From a bacterium (GTDB lineage: Bacteria > Patescibacteriota > Dojkabacteria > SC72): a stretch of 64,000 nucleotides of DNA. Below the pieces are notes generated by a model. It had not been told where the DNA came from, did no database searches, and saw nothing but the letters and a program-made list of their open reading frames with translations. The translations under genes were made by a program, and so were the position numbers. The stretch lies in assembly GCA_021463465.1 (NCBI GenBank), contig JAJTYH010000003.1, positions 75,869 through 139,868 of the forward strand, read 5' to 3'. Each line of letters opens with the position of its first letter. Position 1 is the first letter of the stretch. Positions 56,901-64,000 of the stretch are shown piece after piece.

Positions 56901-57395
56901 GATTTGTGGGACGGAAGAACTGGTGAAAAGTTCCCTCGCAAAGTGACAGTAGGTACCAAGTATATTTTGAAGCTTCACCATATTGCAGATGAGAAGGTAC
57001 ATGCTAGATCTACTGGTCCGTACACTGTTGTTACGCAACAGCCACTCGGAGGTAAAGCTCAGATGGGTGGTCAGCGATTCGGGGAAATGGAGGTTTGGGC
57101 ACTTGAGGCACACGGTACACCTGCAACCCTTAAAGAAATGCTTACAATCAAGTCAGACGATGTTAAGGGTAGATCCGCTGCTTACAAGGCTATTATCCAC
57201 GGTGAGAAGATTGAAAATGTAAATATTCCTGAATCGTTCAAGGTCTTAGTAAGGGAATTGAACGCTTTGGGTCTTAAGTTAGACTTAATTTCAACAAGAA
57301 CTCAGGAAGCTGAGCCTGTTGCTGGGGAGCATGAAGCAGTACAGGAATCAGTTGAGAGTGCAGAGGTAGTAGAGAACCATGATGAACAAAATTAA
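53961..57395 (+). CDS. rpoB: DNA-directed RNA polymerase subunit beta
   Basis: Canonical RpoB blocks throughout (e.g. GEMEVWALEA). Start placed at ATG 53961 (MIKEPIRNRAG...). The ORF-track start at 53940 is a TTG. Confidence 0.95.
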   Translation: MIKEPIRNRAGRINLGVGSNRKVEFPNLIQAQLDSFNIFLENGFKTLFEEITPVKDTMEKMWTLDFKDFKIGDPYRSVEEAGQKGLSYEAPVYATVQLLNNRTGEIKEQQIFISDLPLMTSDGYFVVNGVRRVVTHQIVRAEGVLFEEQESLVGRTLYKSRLMPGKGPWYEFEVSKNNVISIRLIPKRPRVLITELLRIFGYETDEDIKKLFSDVDTHEEYKYIESTLARDFTKTKEEAIVSVYNKLRPDESVTLDSAEKYIKGHFFNVRKFDLGKVGRYQINRKLGLDFPLNGDSCRFYLEDFIAILKRLIDVNNGAVPADDIDHLSNRRIRSVGEVLIRQLAVGVRRLEKNIKDKMSMYGQDAKLTPSMLISTKPVSAAMQAFFGSNQLSAFLEQANILSELENKRKVTAAGPGGLVKERATFSVREVHNSHYSRFDPVTSPESQSIGVVTQLAVMAKVNEYGFIEAPYRKVVNKVANDGKSAVNRMPLEDIKVGKSVVAKVGRLIDATTAKKLKDVELLKEISVTAFVTNTVEYLDAKSEEEGVVSVATLKQDEYGNITEALVPARHSGGFILEDVQNITHVDVLSSQQAGLGMALIPFVAHDDSMRALAGSNMQRQGVPLVKQESPYIGTGYEEVVARQSTWAVFAEDDGVVEVADAKMLTVKYKSAGRRDYALKKFSRSNDNTSFSQYVKVVPGQKFAKEDLLVDGPTMVNGELALGINLTAALMLFEGYNYEDSVVISERVVKDDLLTSVHIREHAVEIRDTELGPEMITSDIPHVGDRILQKLGSEGIVRTGVKVGSGDILVGVVAPRGEQELTAEERLLRAIFGESSSDIRDNSLRLPHGEEGIVIRTQLLDSANDDKLPPGVLKQVKVWVAKTKKINYGDKISGRHGDKNTVAAIKPVEDMPFTADGRPVDIILTPTFLKRMNMGQAVEVHYGKYAQLLGEKFAFPLFEELDLNWLKQQMEENDFKMEEKVDLWDGRTGEKFPRKVTVGTKYILKLHHIADEKVHARSTGPYTVVTQQPLGGKAQMGGQRFGEMEVWALEAHGTPATLKEMLTIKSDDVKGRSAAYKAIIHGEKIENVNIPESFKVLVRELNALGLKLDLISTRTQEAEPVAGEHEAVQESVESAEVVENHDEQN

Positions 57396-60300
57396 AAAAG
57401 AAAATTTTAGAGATTTTGATGCCATTAAGTTGACATTAGCCTCACCTGAGGACGTACTTAACTGGTCGTTTGGTGAAGTTACCAAGTCTGAAACCATCAA
57501 CTATCGAACTTTTAGAGCTGAGCCAGATGGTCTTTTCTGCGAAAAGATCTTTGGTCCAAGCAAAAACTATGAATGTTACTGCGGTAAATATAAGAAGGTT
57601 AGATACAAGGGTATTGTTTGTGATAAGTGTGGGGTTGAAGTAACGACTAAGGATGTACGAAGAGAGCGAATGGGTCATATCAAATTGGCCGTTCCTGTCG
57701 TACACGTATGGTTTGCCTACAGCATCCCTAACAAACTATCTATCGTGTTAGACATGCCTCACAAGAAGCTTCTCTCTGTTATCTACTACACAAGATATAT
57801 GGTGGTAAGTGTTGATGCTGAAAAGCGAGCTGAAATGATTCAGCGAATCGAAACACTTAGAAGTGAGGAACTTAATCGTGTGAAGGGTAATTTGGAAGAA
57901 GCCTTGAAGATTGATGAAGAAGGATATGTAAAAGAGGTAAAAGAGCTTAAAAAGAAAGAAAAAGAGAAGAAGGCTTTGGAATTCAAAGTCAGTCGACTTG
58001 ATTATAAATTGAAACAGACTCAAGCTAAGACTCGTAAGGAGTACGCTGAGATGGAGGAGACTCAAGAAGCCTTCTTTACCAAACTTGCCAAATTGATTGA
58101 AAAGATGGAGGTTGGCAGCGTTTTGACTGAAGAAGAGTATATCGATTTGGAAGACAGAGAATTGATTTTCTTTGATGCTAAAATGGGAGCTGAAGCAATT
58201 TCAGCTCTTTTGAAAACACTTGATTTGGATGCAGAGATTGTAAAATTGACCAAGCAAGCTAAGCAGGAGAAGGGGGAATCCAAGTCTACTACTGTCCGAA
58301 GACTTCAATACTTGGAAGGCTTCAAGAAGAATAGTTCAAATCCTGATTGGATGGTTATGAACTTACTCCCTGTGATTCCACCTGAACTTCGACCGATTAT
58401 CCCTCTTTCTGGGGGTAAATTTGCCACATCTGACTTGAACGATTTATATCGAAGAATCATTAACCGAAATAATCGATTGAAGAGACTTATTGAAATAGGT
58501 GCTCCAGATGTGATCTTGCGAAACGAGAAGCGAATGTTGCAGGAGGCAGTTGACGCCTTGATTGATAACTCTCATCGCCCAAGCAAGCCAATGATGAACA
58601 ATAAGAAGCTTCCTTATCAATCACTCACTGATGAGTTGCGAGGTAAGAAAGGTATCTTCAGACGCAACCTGTTGGGTAAGCGTGTTGACTACTCGGGTCG
58701 AGGCGTAATCATTGGTGATGCTACATTGCATTTGAACCAATGCGGACTTCCAAAGTCTATAGCCCTCGAGGTATACAAACCTTTTGTTATTAATAAACTT
58801 TTACAATATGAGTTTGCTCCAAACATCCGAATTGCTAAAGACATGATTGAGTCTGGTGAGGATCAAGTCTGGGATATCTTGGAAGAAGTCATTAAAGGAA
58901 GACCAGTGCTTCTTAATCGTGCGCCGACCCTTCATAAATATTCTATCCAGGCCTTCTATCCTAAACTTGTCGAAGGTGAAGCTATCAGAATCCATCCATT
59001 AGTTTGTAAAGCGTTCAATGCGGACTTTGATGGTGATCAAATGTCGGTGCATGTACTTTTGACTGAACAAGCTATTGAAGAGGCTAAGGCTAAGATGATG
59101 TCAGAACTTAACATCGTTTCAATTGCCAGTGGTAAGTTGTTGGCTAACCCAAGTAAGGATATGCTCATGGGCTTTTATCTACTCACCGATTTAGTATCCA
59201 GCGAGAAACCAAAGCTTTTTGCTTCTTTTGAAGACGTTGTCAAAGCTTTCCAGCGAGGGAATGTAGGAGTTAACGAAGAGATTGTGGTTAAGGGTAAGGG
59301 TGAAGTTCTCAAAACTTCTGCAGGACGAGTTATTTTCAATATGGCACTTCCTGAGGATTACCCGTTCTATAACAGTAGAGTGGGTGGTTCTGAGGTAAAG
59401 AAGATTGTGGAAGATGTGAAAGATAAGTATCCGTTAGAGGTTACAGTGAGGCTTTCAGACGATTTAAAGGCATTAGGTTTCAAATATGCCACAAATTTAG
59501 GATTTAGCTTCTCTATGGAAGATTGTGAAATTGATATTGACCTCGCAAGTAAAATTGCTGAGATTGAAGAAAAAGAGAAACTGCTTCAAGAAAATTACCT
59601 ACAAGGCATGATGACTGAAGAAGAGAAGATTCGTAACTCAGTTAACATGTGGAACGACTTTGCCGATGCAATGGGTGAAGAGGCTTGGAAGGCTACACCT
59701 AAAGAGAATGCAGTGTACCAAATGGTAGATTCTCAGACTAATGGTGAGAAGATTCAAGCCAGACAGATCTTAACGCTTAAGGGTATGGTACGTGATTCCT
59801 CTGGAAACTGGGTGCCACTTCCAATTAAAGGTAATTTCAGAGATGGTTTGAACGCTTTCGAATATTTTGTGGCATCAAATTCTGGTCGAAAAGGTATTGC
59901 TGACCGATCACTTAGAACGTCCTCATCAGGTTATCTCACAAGAAAGCTTGTCGATGTAGCTCACGATGTCATTGTCCGAATGGAAGATTGTGGTTATGAA
60001 GGTAACGGTCTTAGAATTGCACAGGGTGATGAACGAAGACTTTCCTTTGAAGAGAGACTTAACGGTAGAGTTCTGGCTCAGGACGTAAAAGATGCTAAGG
60101 GAAATATCTTGGTTTCTAAGAATGAGACCATTAGTAAGCAGGGTGCTAAAGATATCATTGCAGCTGGTGTAACCGAAGTATTTGTTCGTACACCTTTGCT
60201 TTGTAGCTCTGCACTTGGTATCTGTCAGAAGTGTTACGGATGGGATATAGAGATGAGCAAAACAGTGGACATTGGTAAAGCCGTTGGTGTTATTGCTGCT

Positions 60301-61275
60301 CAATCTATTGGTGAGCCTGGTACACAGATGACTATGCAGACTTTCCATAGAGGTGGTGTACAAAGAACTGACATTACACAAGGTCTACCTAGAATTGAGG
60401 AGCTTTTTGAGGCAAGGTCACCTAAAGCTGAAGCTGAAATGTCTACAGTTGATGGTAAGGTAACAGTTGAATTTGCCGAAGATGATAGTGCAAGTGTTGT
60501 GATTAAAGGAACTAAGCGAATGGATAGGTACTACATAGTAAACGATGTTAAAGAGATGCAGGTGAGTGATGGCGCTAAGGTTAAGATTGGCCAGATACTC
60601 TTTGTAGATAGTGATGGTAGCGAGAAACAGGCTCCTTTTGAAGGTGAAGTGACACTTAAAGGTGGTTTGCTTGCTTTGATTGGTAAGAAGAAAGGTGAAG
60701 AGAGCATGACTGTAATGCCAGGAATCAACCTTTTGGTTAAGGACGGTGACGAAGTCAGTGCTGGTCATGCTATTACTGAAGGCTCACTAGATCCTAAAAA
60801 ACTAGCTAAAATTGATTTATTCCTCGCTCAAAAGTATATCTTGGACGAAGTACAGAAAGTGTTTAATGAACAAGGTGTTTCAGTTGATGACTTACATCTT
60901 GAAGTAATCATCAGGCAGATGGCAAGACTTGGTCGCGTCATGAATGCTGGTGATTCAGGGTATCTTGCAGGTTCCTTGGTGAGTCGATTCATCGCAGATC
61001 TTAAGAATAGAATCCTACTTGAAAAACAGCAGAATGTTGCCTTTGTTGTACCAAAGTTCATGGGTATCAAGGCTTCGGCTTTGTATACTGAGAGCTTCTT
61101 GTCAGCTATGTCATTCCAAGAGCAAGTGAGAGTACTTACAAGTGCGTCGATTACTGGAAAGATTGACTACCTCAGAGGAATGAAAGAGAACGTGATTGTC
61201 GGCCGAGATATTCCAAGTGGATTTGAGGCTCAAATCAATTCTCCTGAAACCTTACAGGAGGTTACAAGCGCATAG
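57379..61275 (+). CDS. rpoC: DNA-directed RNA polymerase subunit beta'
   Basis: Zn-binding Cys cluster near the N-terminus, NADFDGDQM catalytic motif, 1298 aa. 17-nt overlap with rpoB. Confidence 0.95.
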   Translation: MMNKIKKENFRDFDAIKLTLASPEDVLNWSFGEVTKSETINYRTFRAEPDGLFCEKIFGPSKNYECYCGKYKKVRYKGIVCDKCGVEVTTKDVRRERMGHIKLAVPVVHVWFAYSIPNKLSIVLDMPHKKLLSVIYYTRYMVVSVDAEKRAEMIQRIETLRSEELNRVKGNLEEALKIDEEGYVKEVKELKKKEKEKKALEFKVSRLDYKLKQTQAKTRKEYAEMEETQEAFFTKLAKLIEKMEVGSVLTEEEYIDLEDRELIFFDAKMGAEAISALLKTLDLDAEIVKLTKQAKQEKGESKSTTVRRLQYLEGFKKNSSNPDWMVMNLLPVIPPELRPIIPLSGGKFATSDLNDLYRRIINRNNRLKRLIEIGAPDVILRNEKRMLQEAVDALIDNSHRPSKPMMNNKKLPYQSLTDELRGKKGIFRRNLLGKRVDYSGRGVIIGDATLHLNQCGLPKSIALEVYKPFVINKLLQYEFAPNIRIAKDMIESGEDQVWDILEEVIKGRPVLLNRAPTLHKYSIQAFYPKLVEGEAIRIHPLVCKAFNADFDGDQMSVHVLLTEQAIEEAKAKMMSELNIVSIASGKLLANPSKDMLMGFYLLTDLVSSEKPKLFASFEDVVKAFQRGNVGVNEEIVVKGKGEVLKTSAGRVIFNMALPEDYPFYNSRVGGSEVKKIVEDVKDKYPLEVTVRLSDDLKALGFKYATNLGFSFSMEDCEIDIDLASKIAEIEEKEKLLQENYLQGMMTEEEKIRNSVNMWNDFADAMGEEAWKATPKENAVYQMVDSQTNGEKIQARQILTLKGMVRDSSGNWVPLPIKGNFRDGLNAFEYFVASNSGRKGIADRSLRTSSSGYLTRKLVDVAHDVIVRMEDCGYEGNGLRIAQGDERRLSFEERLNGRVLAQDVKDAKGNILVSKNETISKQGAKDIIAAGVTEVFVRTPLLCSSALGICQKCYGWDIEMSKTVDIGKAVGVIAAQSIGEPGTQMTMQTFHRGGVQRTDITQGLPRIEELFEARSPKAEAEMSTVDGKVTVEFAEDDSASVVIKGTKRMDRYYIVNDVKEMQVSDGAKVKIGQILFVDSDGSEKQAPFEGEVTLKGGLLALIGKKKGEESMTVMPGINLLVKDGDEVSAGHAITEGSLDPKKLAKIDLFLAQKYILDEVQKVFNEQGVSVDDLHLEVIIRQMARLGRVMNAGDSGYLAGSLVSRFIADLKNRILLEKQQNVAFVVPKFMGIKASALYTESFLSAMSFQEQVRVLTSASITGKIDYLRGMKENVIVGRDIPSGFEAQINSPETLQEVTSA

Positions 61276-61296
61276 ATTTTATGTATAATACGCAGC

Positions 61297-61722
61297 ATGC
61301 CAACTATTAATCAGTTGATTAGAAAACCTAGGAAATCGAAAATTGCCAAGACTAAATTCAAGGCCTTGGGTACTAATCACAATGTTTTGAAAAACCGATA
61401 CAAGAAAGCAAACAATCCTTTTAAACGAGGCGTCTGTTTGTTGGTTAAGACAGTCCCTCCTAAGAAACCTAACTCAGCACTTCGAAAGATTGCTAAGGTA
61501 AGACTTTCTAATGGAGTAGAGGTATTGGCATATATTCCTGGTGAAGGACATAACTTGCAGGAGCACTCAGTAGTGCTTGTAAGAGCTGGTAGAAAGCGAG
61601 ACCTTCCTGGTGTTAAATACACAATTGTTCGAGGTAAGTATGACACTGCAGGGGTAGAGGGCAGAAAGAAAGCTCGTTCTAAGTATGGGGCTAAGAGTGG
61701 TAAAGGTCCCGTTAAGTCATAA
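61297..61722 (+). CDS. rpsL: 30S ribosomal protein S12 (with ~14-aa N-proximal insertion)
   Basis: [10 protein letters not shown]...KRGVC...[10 protein letters not shown]...[13 protein letters not shown]...DLPGVKY. Insert [14 protein letters not shown] between the KALG and KRGVC blocks, relative to the ~124-aa canonical S12. Confidence 0.9.
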   Translation: MPTINQLIRKPRKSKIAKTKFKALGTNHNVLKNRYKKANNPFKRGVCLLVKTVPPKKPNSALRKIAKVRLSNGVEVLAYIPGEGHNLQEHSVVLVRAGRKRDLPGVKYTIVRGKYDTAGVEGRKKARSKYGAKSGKGPVKS

Positions 61723-61738
61723 TTTGAAAGTTAGATAA

Positions 61739-62206
61739 ATGAGAGGTAAAAGAGCACACAAAAGACAGATTCAGAAAGATGTAAAGTACGGTAGCGTGCT
61801 TGTAGGTCGTTTGATTAATAAGGTAATGCAGGATGGGAAGAAAAAGCTCGCTCAGACTTTGGTTTATGCCGCACTTGAAGAGGGTGCTAAGCAAGTAAAG
61901 ATGCAACCTGATCAGTTCTTAGAAACTGCAGTTGCAAAAGTCAAACCAGCTCTTGAGATTAGAAGTCGAAGGGTTGGTGGAGCTAACTATCAAGTACCTG
62001 TCCCTGTTTCGCCTGTAAGACAAGACGCACTTGCCATCAGATGGATTGTTGATTTTACTCGAAGTGCTTCAGGTCAGTCTTTTGATAAGCTTTTAATGAA
62101 AGAATTACTTGATGCATACAATGGCGAAGGTAATGCTATTCGTAAAAAGTTTGATGTTGAGAAGATGGCTGAAGCCAACAAAGCGTTTGCCCACTTTAGG
62201 TGGTAA
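61739..62206 (+). CDS. rpsG: 30S ribosomal protein S7
   Basis: Canonical S7 sequence (GKKKLAQTLVY..., ANYQVPVPV...). Follows rpsL. Confidence 0.9.
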   Translation: MRGKRAHKRQIQKDVKYGSVLVGRLINKVMQDGKKKLAQTLVYAALEEGAKQVKMQPDQFLETAVAKVKPALEIRSRRVGGANYQVPVPVSPVRQDALAIRWIVDFTRSASGQSFDKLLMKELLDAYNGEGNAIRKKFDVEKMAEANKAFAHFRW

Positions 62207-62453
62207 ATGAATGAGTATTCAATTAGGACTTGTTTTTTACAGGTATAAGCTCTTGGCTTTCTTTTTTCAAATTGCGAGATAGAGTTTAGTAACACGAGTA
62301 TCATTAATGCAATAGTCAGCTGATAAGGCATATCACGACTTTCTATTAAATTGTTGCTCGTAAGATAAAGCTTACACTGATGAAGTATCTAGGAATTGTT
62401 CTTACCTGCAGAATAATAGTATTAATTCAAGCAATGTAGTTGATTGGATGCGG

Positions 62454-63044
62454 TTACTTATAATCGGATGTATGAAGATCTGTGAAAGAAACTTCCAGAT
62501 AGTTTCTGGCCTCTGCACATCTACCTAATCTTGCGGCTTTTACATCAGGAGAATCTTCTCTACAAGCAATATGGTATACATGCGCTCTTTTGTATACGCC
62601 TAAAGTCTTTGCCAATTCATCATAATTAACTCCTTCAGGAACAATGAAAATTCTACTGTTATTAGGTAAGAGCCTTCGCCATACTTCTATTCTTCGTACT
62701 AAAGGCATTATTAAGCGAGTGCCTTTAGCTTCTATATAGCTGTCAGGTTCAAGTCCCATTATGATAGGAAGTCGGCTAAGGTGTTCGAATAACTGTAAGT
62801 GAGCAACGCTACCTTGAAAACCGCCAGTAACATATCCAATTGGTGAAATTCTTAATGTTTTAGTGACCCAATCTAATCCTTCGTCTAAGGACTCAAGTAC
62901 GAAAGTATTTTGACTCTGAGGTTTGAAAATGAGCGAATCTTTGAGGTCTTTACGTAAATCGTCTATAACAAGAGGTGCTTCGGTAAATGATTGATAAGTT
63001 ACTCTATTATTTACACCTACAAACATACTATTTTGTACTTTCAA
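62454..63044 (-). CDS. Hypothetical protein (196 aa) in an overlapping operon with a GT2 glycosyltransferase
   Basis: No recognised motif. 17-nt overlap with the upstream GT2 gene suggests co-function (polysaccharide-related). Confidence 0.3.
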   Translation of the reverse strand: MKVQNSMFVGVNNRVTYQSFTEAPLVIDDLRKDLKDSLIFKPQSQNTFVLESLDEGLDWVTKTLRISPIGYVTGGFQGSVAHLQLFEHLSRLPIIMGLEPDSYIEAKGTRLIMPLVRRIEVWRRLLPNNSRIFIVPEGVNYDELAKTLGVYKRAHVYHIACREDSPDVKAARLGRCAEARNYLEVSFTDLHTSDYK

Positions 63045-63978
63045 TTCGTTCCCAACCTTGCTCCGGCATACCTTCTTTTAGAAGGGTTCTTTTATAGAAG
63101 ATAAGGATCCAGGTGTACAGACGTAGAGGAAAAAGTACAAGGGACCATATGAACTCTTTGAGGTTTCTTCCATAGGTTAAAACGAAGAGGGCATACTGTA
63201 ATTCAATCCAGAACGATCTAGACTGATAGTCTTTCTTCATTACCCCATATTTTTTGAGTTGAGTATATCCTCCTATAGAACGGACTTTCTGTCTCAAATA
63301 GTCTTTAAGATTAGTAGGGTATTTAACGTAAACCAATGCATCTGGTACGTATGCTATTTGATAGCCTTTATTGCGTATTTCGTATGAGATATAGGCATCG
63401 TCTGAAAGTACATCAGCAGGTAGATCTACAATATTTCTTGTTGCGATAATGTATCCGCTCATAGGAAAGAAGTTCTTTGTTGTTATTAGATATTCTCCTG
63501 CGTTGGCAAGGAGGTTCGTTCTCCTATGATGAGCAGAATCGGTCAAAATTTGTGAAAAATATCCGAACATTGTATTTCGTCCGTTCAATGAAATTGGTCT
63601 ACCTGTGGCAGCTCCGACTTTAGGATTTTTTAGTAGAGGGAAAACTAGTCTTTTAACTGCCCCTTTATCAAAATATACATCTCCGTCTGTGAGAATCAAA
63701 ATCTCGCCTTTGGCCTGTGATAAGGCCGTTTTAAGAGCGTAAGGTTTGCCTTTTAGTGGGTCCTTAATCTGGATAAACTTGCTGCCCAAACCTAAGCCTT
63801 GTGCAACAGCTTTTCCAGCTGAAAGAGTTTCTTGATCTGGGCTTACTTGAATAATCTCAAAATCATTTGAAATTCCTGAGTACCTTGGATTGGCGATACA
63901 TTTAATAGCTTTTCCTATATTCTTTGGCTCTTTCCAGCTATTAATGATGACGGAAATCATATTGGAATGATACCACAA
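63028..63978 (-). CDS. Family-2 glycosyltransferase (GT-A fold)
   Basis: N-terminal ISVIINSWKE and LILTDGDVYF (DxD) motifs, with C-terminal hydrophobic helices. Confidence 0.7.
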   Translation of the reverse strand: MWYHSNMISVIINSWKEPKNIGKAIKCIANPRYSGISNDFEIIQVSPDQETLSAGKAVAQGLGLGSKFIQIKDPLKGKPYALKTALSQAKGEILILTDGDVYFDKGAVKRLVFPLLKNPKVGAATGRPISLNGRNTMFGYFSQILTDSAHHRRTNLLANAGEYLITTKNFFPMSGYIIATRNIVDLPADVLSDDAYISYEIRNKGYQIAYVPDALVYVKYPTNLKDYLRQKVRSIGGYTQLKKYGVMKKDYQSRSFWIELQYALFVLTYGRNLKEFIWSLVLFPLRLYTWILIFYKRTLLKEGMPEQGWERIESTK

Positions 63979-64000
63979 AACTATTCTTTAGCTTCGGTGG

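Noticed and set aside
62207-62453. Possible fusA (EF-G) remnant or small RNA in the 247-bp gap after rpsG
   Set aside because: No reading frame resembles the EF-G N-terminus (G-domain GxxxxGK[ST]). Only a weak 4-bp hairpin plus T-run was seen. Left as unexplained non-coding DNA.
1-64000. CRISPR arrays, transposases/integrases, phage genes, rRNA operons
   Set aside because: Scanning by eye found no regularly spaced direct repeats, no DDE or tyrosine-recombinase-like proteins, and no 16S/23S-like conserved stretches in the window.

Overview
The window reads as a compact, low-GC (~40%) bacterial chromosome segment with many ATGA-type stop/start overlaps. This small-genome style is compatible with a Patescibacteria/CPR-like or other reduced Gram-positive-like organism, but that lineage call is inference only. 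It spans the replication-origin neighbourhood: dnaA (12195-13604, -) and dnaN (10613-11743, -) flank a 451-bp AT-rich gap carrying DnaA boxes and a TAG-triplet run that looks like a DnaA-trio element. The rpmH-rnpA-yidD-yidC-jag cluster sits 4.5 kb away on the opposite strand. Other housekeeping genes are rpoB-rpoC-rpsL-rpsG, rpoD, dnaG, ftsK, ksgA/rsmA, valS (preceded by a probable T-box leader and terminator), metG with an unusual C-terminal B3/B4-like extension, RNase J, an FtsA-like ATPase, nrnA, dgkA and two tRNA-Ser genes. Envelope and accessory content includes a GH1 beta-glucosidase, GT4, GT2 (one processive QxxRW type) and WecA/MraY-like enzymes, PEGA and pilin-like proteins, PilN/PilO-like proteins, and a 7TM sensor histidine kinase. 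An OmpR-family response regulator lacking the phospho-acceptor Asp sits next to dnaN. Several hypothetical proteins have no recognisable domains. No CRISPR arrays, transposases, integrases or rRNA genes were seen. All calls come from reading the translations and DNA motifs, without database searches.
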